Below, in pieces: positions 37,773 to 46,892 of a stretch of DNA of 64,000 nucleotides. The DNA lies in the IMG/VR virus record IMGVR_UViG_3300037483_000303; one strand, given 5' to 3'. The notes under the pieces are model-generated. The model was not told where the DNA came from, searched no databases, and saw nothing but the letters and a program-made list of their open reading frames with translations. Origin of the DNA: an uncultured virus (IMG/VR IMGVR_UViG_3300037483_000303) (Duplodnaviria > Heunggongvirae > Uroviricota > Caudoviricetes). The stretch's first letter is position 1, and each line of letters starts with the position of its first letter. Made by a program: the position numbers and the translations under genes.

Positions 37773-38035
37773 AAACTCAGCGAAGAGGAAAATCAATCAC
37801 AATTAAATTCGACAACCGGCGCGAGTCGATTAGATTTTTCCGTACTGTTGGAATGAATAACATCGTAAAGGCGCTTGAAGCCGCTGAAGCTAGTGCAGTG
37901 TGTAAAACCTGCTCCGGCGATGGCTTATGTCGTACCTGTCTCGGCACCGGGCAATTTGGCGGTAAGTCTTGCCGGGTATGTGGCGGAAGTGGTAACTGTT
38001 CAAAATGTTACGGCATGGGAGAGACGAATGACTGA
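37769..38035 (+). CDS. DnaJ-type cysteine-rich zinc finger protein
   Basis: Four CxxCxGxG repeats. Confidence 0.7.
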   Translation: MKTQRRGKSITIKFDNRRESIRFFRTVGMNNIVKALEAAEASAVCKTCSGDGLCRTCLGTGQFGGKSCRVCGGSGNCSKCYGMGETND

Positions 38036-38198
38036 CCAACCTTTATTATTACCCTGCCCGTTTTGCGGCTGTAAGAGCATTCACATCTACAAAGGTGAAT
38101 TTGGGTATTCAGCAGTGTGCGGTAAGTGCCTGGCCAGTATCGGGCGAATGAGTGTTTACTTCTTGTGCCGGGCGTGGAATAAGAGAGTATTCAAATGA
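38028..38198 (+). CDS. Lar-family restriction alleviation-like protein
   Basis: LLPCPFCG...CGKC...AWNKR. Confidence 0.7.
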   Translation: MTDQPLLLPCPFCGCKSIHIYKGEFGYSAVCGKCLASIGRMSVYFLCRAWNKRVFK

Positions 38199-38737
38199 CT
38201 AAAATCATAGCATGGCTAACTGCCATCCCCCTTCTTTTAGTCACCTATCTTGCTCTTCAACAATTAGCAGTCCAGGGCGGTTATGAGTTTTGGCAATCTC
38301 ATGCTTGGGCATGTGGTGTCAGTGCTACATTAGTACTGGTTATCATTAGAGCATCTCAGGATATTGGGCAAAGGATCGCATTAGAAAATATGCCCATCGC
38401 ACGACCTTCGCCTGAATCTACGAAATCCCCCAGGCAATACGGAATCGTTTATATCCTGCGTCGTAATGATGGTATATTAAAGCTTGGCAAAACATTAGAC
38501 TTGCGAACCAGAGTCGCACTACATCGAAGTGACTATAAAACTAATTTTGATGTACTCGCATCCTGGGTTGTACCATCATTAGATGACTATGAACGACTTG
38601 CATTAAGGATGACGCAAGATTATCAGTTCTCCGAGGGTAAACGGAGAGAGTTACGCAGCATGTCCGATAAAGAGTTGAGTGAGTTTATATTGAGTTTTAC
38701 AACCAGGGTACAAAATGGCTTCAAGAAAGCATCGTAA
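38195..38737 (+). CDS. Membrane-anchored GIY-YIG/T5orf172-like protein
   Basis: Two TM segments then GIVYIL...LKLGKT..LRTRV. Confidence 0.55.
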   Translation: MTKIIAWLTAIPLLLVTYLALQQLAVQGGYEFWQSHAWACGVSATLVLVIIRASQDIGQRIALENMPIARPSPESTKSPRQYGIVYILRRNDGILKLGKTLDLRTRVALHRSDYKTNFDVLASWVVPSLDDYERLALRMTQDYQFSEGKRRELRSMSDKELSEFILSFTTRVQNGFKKAS

Positions 38738-39353
38738 AATCAAATGGGAATCGGTTGGGTTAAATAGCCTTGTCCTGCTTTTTGTTCTATTCTTACTCTC
38801 CTATACATTTATCCATACCGGCGCTGTCCTGGCTAGATTCATCAATCCCCCTGCTTTAGGATATATCGCAGCTTTGGGTATTGAGGGATTAGTAGCTACG
38901 ATGTCCTGGCGCAGAGCATTTAAGGCGGGTGCGACAATCAGTATCAATGTGACGCTTGGGATCGTATTAGCTATTTCGGCGGTCGCAAACCTCTACGAAG
39001 GATACGCAGTGAAGAACGGACACGAATTAACACTATCCGACATCCCTCACATGGATGCGTTGCAGGCTTTCGTAGGAGTGCTAGTTACTGCGATTGTACC
39101 ATTCCTGGTATTTATGGCTGGTGAGGTCATGGGGCGAGGACTAGAGGAGTTAGGCAAATTCATATCGGAGGGAGTCGCAGGCGATGCGATAAAAATCGAA
39201 GTGCCTGCGACTATATCCGAAGCGGCTCCGACTCTGATGTGTGAGTTTTGCGATGAGCCATTGAAGGATGCCAGCCGATTCACCCGTTCTGCCCACCTGA
39301 GATATTGCAAGGTGTATAAAACTGAGAAGGTAAAGACGAATGGCAATGTTTAG
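38715..39353 (+). CDS. Four-TM DUF2637/SpdA-like membrane protein with C-terminal Zn finger
   Basis: SYTFIH..ALGIEG..ISAVANL..AIVP; CEFC..HLRYC. Confidence 0.5.
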   Translation: MASRKHRKIKWESVGLNSLVLLFVLFLLSYTFIHTGAVLARFINPPALGYIAALGIEGLVATMSWRRAFKAGATISINVTLGIVLAISAVANLYEGYAVKNGHELTLSDIPHMDALQAFVGVLVTAIVPFLVFMAGEVMGRGLEELGKFISEGVAGDAIKIEVPATISEAAPTLMCEFCDEPLKDASRFTRSAHLRYCKVYKTEKVKTNGNV

Positions 39354-39890
39354 TATCATATAGGAGGCATTAAATGGAGAATAAAGAATTACTCGAAATA
39401 GGTAGACTGGAAATCGAAGCCGTCAAAGCCAATGACGCATTTAGAGAGGCGATGCGTCTGTGCTATGAAGGCAAAAAGGAAAGCTACGAATCGGAGCACC
39501 TCGCGTCTCTGGCCGCCGAACGTAAATTGATAGAGGCTGTCAATGTGTATTTAGAAAAGCCTCAAATGAGGTTTGATGTTTAGCCTTATTACCATCCTAA
39601 CCGCGATCATAATGATTGCGGTGACGATAATCTTGGATAATATTAAAAATCCGTTTAAGTAAGTGGGAGCTTATTAACTGGGGTAGAAAGAAAGGACAAG
39701 TGAATGACGAAGTAGGACAGGCAATATTGAAAGAACGGGCTGACAACGCGCATCTGGTAGAGGATCGGGCCGCCGAATACCGTAAAATGGCCCTGACCGC
39801 CAGGAGAGAACGGGCATCAGTATTCAAAGAGATAGCCGAGGCGCTGGACAGGACAGCGCGGTTTATACGCGAGCAGGAGACGGTAGTAGT

Positions 39891-40607
39891 ATGACAATTC
39901 TAAAAAAATGTTACAAGTGCAAAGAACTTAAAGACAAAAGTGAGTTTGGCAATAACAAGGGAAGTACCGATGGATTAAATGGTGTCTGCAAGCGATGTAG
40001 ACTTGTGAATCCTGAACGAAGTGACGAATGGCATGCAAATGTTGTCAGAGGACTCTATCATTGTAGCGATTGTAAGGAATGGCTTGCTATTACTGAGTTC
40101 TACTCTAATCCAGCAAACAAGAATGGTATTCACAGCCAATGCAAGAAGTGCAGCTATAAGCGGTCAAGGAATGCTTACCTTACTAATAAGAATGGGACAA
40201 GAGATAAATCACATGAAGCGAAACGTAAGCAACGTCAAGCAAGCCTGGAAAAGTATCGGGAAATAGATCGAAGGTATGCAGCAAGCCATAGAGAGGAAAA
40301 GTCCAAATATGACTATGAATATTATCGCAGTAATCCAAAGAGAGCACAAAGTCAAAAGGCAGCGGAGCGACGTAGGCGCGTGGCAATGTTTAACGCCACT
40401 GGCAATCATACTGAAGAAGAATGGCAAGCCCTAAAGTCATATTATATGGACCAATGCCTGTGCTGTGGCGATGTACCAGAAAAGCTAAGTAAAGACCATG
40501 TGATTCCGATTTCGCGTGGTGGTTCGGATGACATCAGCAATATTCAACCATTGTGCTTGTCTTGCAATAAAAGTAAGCAAACAAAAACTACTGATTACAG
40601 ATTATGA
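39891..40607 (+). CDS. HNH endonuclease
   Basis: Zn fingers plus KDHVIPISRGGSDDISNIQPLCLSCN. Confidence 0.9.
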   Translation: MTILKKCYKCKELKDKSEFGNNKGSTDGLNGVCKRCRLVNPERSDEWHANVVRGLYHCSDCKEWLAITEFYSNPANKNGIHSQCKKCSYKRSRNAYLTNKNGTRDKSHEAKRKQRQASLEKYREIDRRYAASHREEKSKYDYEYYRSNPKRAQSQKAAERRRRVAMFNATGNHTEEEWQALKSYYMDQCLCCGDVPEKLSKDHVIPISRGGSDDISNIQPLCLSCNKSKQTKTTDYRL

Positions 40608-41469
40608 CTATTCTAGAGTCTATTTACGCATTTTATCGTGTGGTCTGTGCTATTTGTGATAGCTACTTTGAGTTATCAGCCACTAACTATACCAAATTTG
40701 AGGCGGCGCGAATGTTGACTGAGTTGGGTTGGACTGTAGCTAATGATGTGGTGATGTGTCCGACCTGTACAAAGGAGATAGCGCCAGATGATGACGCTAA
40801 GTAACTCAACCAGATTCATTTTTACCACCACCTTCGCCAGCAATAACGGTGAGATAGCGTACCTAATCAAGTCTGTGACGCTACTCGTTATGCGGCTGAA
40901 TCTCCTGGCCGAGCGAGTATCGGTATTGGTCGAGCTGCTAATCCAGGCACTAACCGGCTGGCTGTGGTTCGTCAATATCCCGGCACACGTTTACGGGTGG
41001 TGCGTGAGCGAGGCCGAGGTGTGGCGGTTTGTCAGTGTGGTGATGGGGATACGGGTTAGCTCGCTGGCCTGGGGGTTGGGGATAACTAATTGACAACTAA
41101 AACAATGGGAGGAAACGATGTTGAAAATCGCCTGGGAAGCGATCAATCGAGTAGAGGTCTGGCAGTTAGCGGGGCTGCTATTCGTTCTGTCAGTCATTAT
41201 GCAACGGATCATAAACAAGTTCCCGCTAGTTTGCCAATCAGTTTACGTTGTGCCAGTACCCTGGGGGATTCTTTGGGTCAATGTGCTGGCTTATCTGTGG
41301 GGATTGCTAACCTATCCCCAAATGATACAACTGGCGGCCCTATTTTTGTGCACCTACCCGTTCATGTGGTGGGCTAACTATAAATTCACTCAGGCAATAG
41401 TTAAGATATTCAAGGAACATCGAATCAGTAAACAAACAACCGGCATCAGAATTTGGGCACGGGAATGGA

Positions 41470-42699
41470 ATGAACTGGTCAACGAGGATTTACCTGTCGA
41501 TAACGTTAATAGTACTGGCGGTTGTTTCGCTCCTCATTTACAGGCTACCCGGCGAGTATCTGGGCGCTATCGGCGTCGTTATAGTCGCTGGCCTGAGTAG
41601 CATAGTTATCGGCGTGTTGGGTCTGGTTCTCTATGGCGGGCTGGTTGGGTGGCAATGGTTTAAGCGAGAACGGGCCATAACTGCCAAGGCAGAGCGTGAG
41701 GCTAATGTAATGGTTGTCATCGCCAAACAAGATGAACAAGTGCATGTGTACGAAGGCGGACATTGGCGGCCGGCGCACCTGGAAGTGCGCCAATATGCTA
41801 ATGGCGAACGGTCGGAGCCGGAATCCTGGGAGATTGACCGCTGGCGCGAATGGGTTAGCAAGCCAAGAGCTTTACCAGAATCGACCGGCGATATGGTCAT
41901 AGAGCAACAAACGGACTTGCTTAACCTCATAGATCAATACCCGCATTGTCTTATTTGGGGTGGTACAGGTGGCGGTAAAACATCATTACTCAGGCTTATA
42001 GCTCACCGACGCAAACTGCAAGGGCATCAGGTTTTGGTGTTGGACAGCCGAGAACACCCGGTCAAATGGGTTGGTCTGGATCGAATGGAAACAGAAGGAA
42101 AAATCAATAAGGCTATTCTCGGCCTATTTAATATCCTTCGTCAAAATGTCGAGGCGCTTAGAACTGGACGGGCTATAGAGGATGACTTTACCAAAATAAC
42201 GGTCATCACGGATGAATGGACCGAGATTGTAACCGATAATGATATAGCCAGACAATTCATTTCTGAGATGGTTAGACAGTCACGGAAGTATGGTATCTCT
42301 CTTGCCTTTGCCACTCAAACGAATTTAGCTAGTGACCTGGGTTTAGATGGCCGGTATAAGACCATAAGCGGCTTTCTACAGTTGCACTTACAGAAGCGGC
42401 CCGATAATGTTTACGTGGCGCTGGCATCAACCGGAAATCAAAAACTTGGCGAGTTTGTTGTCCCGGAGCCGCCGATTGTACCCCACTTGTTACCCACCGG
42501 CTACGTGGCTCCGTCACTCGAATCGGTCAAGGTAGAGCCAACTGATGAAGAGCAAAAGGTGTTGGACATGCTCGCCGGTGGTGAAAGTTACCGCTTTATC
42601 TCATATGAGATGTGGAAACAAACGGGCCGATTCTACAATCAGCGGATCGAAGCGATAGCTAAAAAGTGGCCTGATCGGGTGGGAAGTGGGAATAGATAG
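41470..42699 (+). CDS. Membrane-anchored FtsK/TraD-like P-loop ATPase
   Basis: N-terminal TM segments; GGTGGGKT; VITDEW; RQSRKYGI..ATQ. Confidence 0.75.
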   Translation: MNWSTRIYLSITLIVLAVVSLLIYRLPGEYLGAIGVVIVAGLSSIVIGVLGLVLYGGLVGWQWFKRERAITAKAEREANVMVVIAKQDEQVHVYEGGHWRPAHLEVRQYANGERSEPESWEIDRWREWVSKPRALPESTGDMVIEQQTDLLNLIDQYPHCLIWGGTGGGKTSLLRLIAHRRKLQGHQVLVLDSREHPVKWVGLDRMETEGKINKAILGLFNILRQNVEALRTGRAIEDDFTKITVITDEWTEIVTDNDIARQFISEMVRQSRKYGISLAFATQTNLASDLGLDGRYKTISGFLQLHLQKRPDNVYVALASTGNQKLGEFVVPEPPIVPHLLPTGYVAPSLESVKVEPTDEEQKVLDMLAGGESYRFISYEMWKQTGRFYNQRIEAIAKKWPDRVGSGNR

Positions 42700-42960
42700 G
42701 CGGGAAGTGCCTAATTATTCCCACTTTTTGCCTTTCACTAAACATTTATAGGAGATTCCCATGCTATTCATCAATCGCAAACGACCACCACACCCAGATT
42801 ATACCAATGTCGAGCGATCCGGGCGGGGCTGGTATCATTATCGCAATGGTAAATGGCGCAGGTACGACTGGACAACCTTTGATCCGGATGCTAAATACCT
42901 GACCGATAGCAAGTTGTTTGACCTCGCGGTTGATGCGGTGGTTGTGGCACGAGGTAAAAA

Positions 42961-43137
42961 ATGAGAACAAAAACGAAACGCACTATCAAGCCACATAAAG
43001 GCGGGCGGTCCGAGCGTGTCTACCTTCGCTGTACGCCAGAGATTAAGGCCATGCTGAGACAAGCTATCGAATCTACCGGCCTGACAGCCGCCGACCTGTT
43101 TGAACAGTGGTTGAGAAACTCAACCTTAAAATCTTAG
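42961..43137 (+). CDS. Small RHH-like regulator (not in the ORF track)
   Basis: MRTKTKRTIKPHKGGRSERVYLRCTPEIKAMLRQ...; 58 aa, directly before a promoter. Confidence 0.55.
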   Translation: MRTKTKRTIKPHKGGRSERVYLRCTPEIKAMLRQAIESTGLTAADLFEQWLRNSTLKS

Positions 43138-43145
43138 AATACCTA

Positions 43146-43174
43146 TTGACGATGTACGCACAATGTAGTATAAT
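43146..43174 (+). promoter_or_regulatory. Early promoter
   Basis: TTGACG-17-TATAAT. Confidence 0.75.
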
Positions 43175-43233
43175 GTATCTAAGATAGAAATTCAGGTTTT
43201 GCGGTTCTATAGCCATAGGATTAAATAATCACA

Positions 43234-46200
43234 TTGGAGGATGACATTATGAGACTTAATTTAGCGATCAATTTCCCCTCTCGCGGGCGCGGCCTCGGCG
43301 TGACCCGCAGCCCTTACCTGGGACGGCCCCGCCTGGGCTCCCACACCAGCCATAACTTCTCAATGAATCGGATGCAGAGCAGCTACGATCTGTATACCTT
43401 CGGCTTGCATTTCTGGCTAGTCTGGTAACTCAAATAAATGGAGGACGCTAATGACTGACACACTCAATATCCTACGCGCCAAAATAGAAGTGCTCACTTG
43501 TCAGGGTCACCAGCACATCGTTACCCGCTCCGGCACGATCATCAGCGTGAGCACCAAGCCGATGACCTACTGTACCATCGGCCAACACACCCGCTACATG
43601 CCTAATGGTCGCAATGTGATCTACCCACCAGCCACTAACTGCGAAGCCCTAAATATGGACACCAATCACGACCGAGGCTATCTGACCCTGGAAGAGGTGG
43701 CAGCCTGGGTAGATGAACTGGGCGGAGTGGAATCCATCGAGGATTTAGTGATGGCCGAGTATGATGATAGTGATGATCCATTCGGTGATTACCTGGCCTA
43801 CGGCGATGATGAACTCAGTCCCTATGGACGAATAAGCTGATCATGAATCTCGATTGCGAGATACTTCGTAATTACGACAGCGACCCCGTCAAAGCCGGGG
43901 CAAGGAGAGAAAAATGACACACGAAGTTAGACCATTAACCCAAGAAGAAGTTGACGCTTTTGCAGACTATCCTAATTTTGCTAATGTTGCAATGCTAAGT
44001 AGCGATGGCATTTGGTACTACGCCGAGAGCGACTTCCGGTATGGCGATGCTGGCGAGTATGAGGATATGACGATGTTTGTTACCGATGAAGACGGTGACT
44101 ACATCCCGGTAAAAACTAAATAGGCCGAAACACCCGAAAGGGTGTCTACCGAACTGAATCGGTACTGACGAGGCAAAACAAGGAGACGAAAATGCAAACA
44201 AAAAAGCTAGTCATCATCCGAGGCAAAGGCACAAAAGCCGAAACCCGCATCGAAACCGACATCATGCTTTACTGGTCGGCGGCAATGCAGCGTTGGGTTA
44301 GTATACCGGAATAGGAGCACATTATGACCACCCTCATCAACTTAATAAACCTCATTCGTGACATAGCTCGTGACGCCAAAATGTTAGAGAGCAATGAACT
44401 GGCCCGTAAATACGGGCGATAAATAAGATAGCCAGCACCCGTTTAAGCCGGGACAAGGAGAGAAATGATGGAAGCAGTTAAAATAACATACTTGAATGAT
44501 ATAGTTTATGTATATGAAGATGGTGGCGAGCCGATAGCCACCGTCCATTCAGATACAATGGCGATAATCTGGGAAAACAGCCAGGAAGAGCCATACCTGG
44601 GGGCTACCGTAGATGTACTAACGGCGGTAGCAAAAATCATGACGGAGGAAGAATGACTCCCACTGAACAAGCCGCCCTCCGCCAAGCCCGGCGCGTATGG
44701 CTCCAAAAAACTGAGGTTGTCCCCGCGAGAGGCTTTGATGCCGGTTTTGTGGCAGGACTGAGGTACAATCAGGCCAAAATTGGCAAGCTGGTCAGCTTCA
44801 TCAAAGGCGAAATACCACGAAGCGAAATCGAGGAGTTTTTACAATGAACACAAGAAAGTTAGACCCTGATTTAGTAAAAGACATCGCCAGTAACCTGGGA
44901 TGGGAAAAAGGTGAGGACATTGAGCCTTACCTGGAAGAGATAACCCGGATGACTCCAGAGCAAGCCCTTAAATGCTTTGCTGAGTGGACATTGGGTGATC
45001 GAGGATGGGCCACAATTTTTATCAGGCATATAGACCAGTTACGCGAGGCAAGTAAATGAGAGTCCTGTTCAATACCGCCGAGGGAATCCGCAAAGGTTTC
45101 GCGGTTAGATTCTACTCTTGCGGGCATCGCTTTTGGGTCCGCTGTCTTGACGGGTCTACCTACATTGTGGACCTGGCCGACTTAATCGGCACACGCGAAT
45201 TGAGGTTAAAATCGTGATCAGTACAATCGACTATACCAAAATGAGACGCAATTCAAGGATAGCTGGCCACTATATTGCAGTTTGCCCCAAGTGTGGCAAA
45301 AAAGGATTGTGCTTCATCTATCATAAAAAACGGGTAAATGTATACATGCACGAAGGCAAACGAACGCTTGAAGGTGTAGAGGTGACAAAATCCTGCCAGG
45401 TGACGATAGATGACTAGACAAATCACATCCGCTGAATCCGAGGCAATTACAGCCGCCCGACTGGACGCGTTTCAACAGGCCGACAAGTTTCTGGCAGGCT
45501 GGCTCGCCGGTATCAATCACGTTCGCCAGCAACGGGCCGCCGAGCTTGAAGTGGCCGACCTACTGTTAGCCGACCGGCAAGCTACGCTTGATAGGGAGAG
45601 GGCTGATCGGCTGGCCTATGACGAGACGATAGCTAAGCGGTTACAAGCGATAGTGGAGGCATTATGACCACACTCGAAGCCGGCATCCTTGAATCCGTTA
45701 CCCGCTACGAGCGCGAGTCGGGTCGCAAGTTGCCCGATAACAGCTTTTATAAAAGTATCGTTTTGGACATAATGAGAAAATATAAGGAGAGTAAAAAATG
45801 GCAGCCTGGGAATACAAAGTAAACATTAAACAGTATCTCAACCGTGAAGGTGAAGATGATATTGTTACCATTGCAGAGAACATTGCAAAGGAACTTGGCA
45901 ATGTTCCACCCTGGATTTTTCGCAACCTGCCCGCTAAACTTGTCGACGAGACAAGGACCGCAGTTGAGAAAATGCCAGATGACAAGGATTATCACGAACT
46001 GAAATTCAATAAAGTGCTGGATAGAATTTACGATGCGGCTGATGATTACCGGGTATGGCTAGGGTTGATGTGACATACAAAGGCTGGACTATCCACGCTG
46101 AACCAGACTCCATCACCGCCACGAAAGACGGCGAGGAGCTAACTATCCGCAAATTCGGCGCGGTCGAGAACGGGCTGCGACTGATGAGAAACGCGATAGA

Positions 46201-46892
46201 CAGGAGAGAACAAGATGCAGCCACTAGCTAAATTTATCGAACAACTAGAGAATGACATCATCAAGCAGAATTACCTGCTAGATAATTATATCGGCCAAAA
46301 GGACTGGCGTAAAGCTGGTCAACAGCAGGAGTATATCAATGGCCTAAATTTTGCACTACATCTCGCACGGACTAACTATACTGTTACTGATAGGGTTAAA
46401 AATGCAGAACGCCGTAATCCGTCATGGTGGTAAAATAACTATCGTCCAGGCTGGTCCTGATGCACCACGCTATGCTCAATGTGTGTGGTGTGGGATGCCG
46501 GTTGAGTTGAATACCTACAGGTATCTGGACTTTGGCGAGACAGATACCACTTATCACTATGAACATACCTCCGACCTATCCGCCAACGAGTGTCAGAGGT
46601 TGCGAGATGCGGCGCAGGCGGAGTTAGATAAGGTGCTGAATCTCAATCGAAAGGACTCATAATGGAAAAAATATGTCTATTCTGCAAATATTTTAGATTC
46701 CTGCCTGCCACACCTGGCTATTCTGATGTCACACCTGGCAATGATGCCTGGATAGGCTGCGGCCTTAATTACTGGCAACTCGACCACTGGGAAGATAACG
46801 AGGAATCGTATCGAGCCAAGCAGCTTACGGCGCAAACGTGCAAAGAGTTTGAGCAGGTTGATTTAGTTGCATTGGGTGTTAAGGTTAGCTGA
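43234..46892 (+). other. Second array of small early ORFs
   Basis: Many short coupled ORFs with AAGGAG RBS. Confidence 0.6.
44124..44174 (+). ncRNA. Type II hammerhead ribozyme
   Basis: GCC-GAAA-CACCC-gaaa-GGGTG-TC^-TACCGA-loop-TCGGTA-CTGACGA-GGC: all core nucleotides and three stems present. Confidence 0.88.

Noticed and set aside
43860..44465. Twister ribozymes at the two CCCG-AAGC-CGGG hairpins
   Set aside because: The required UAA-P2 and P1 pairings could not be formed
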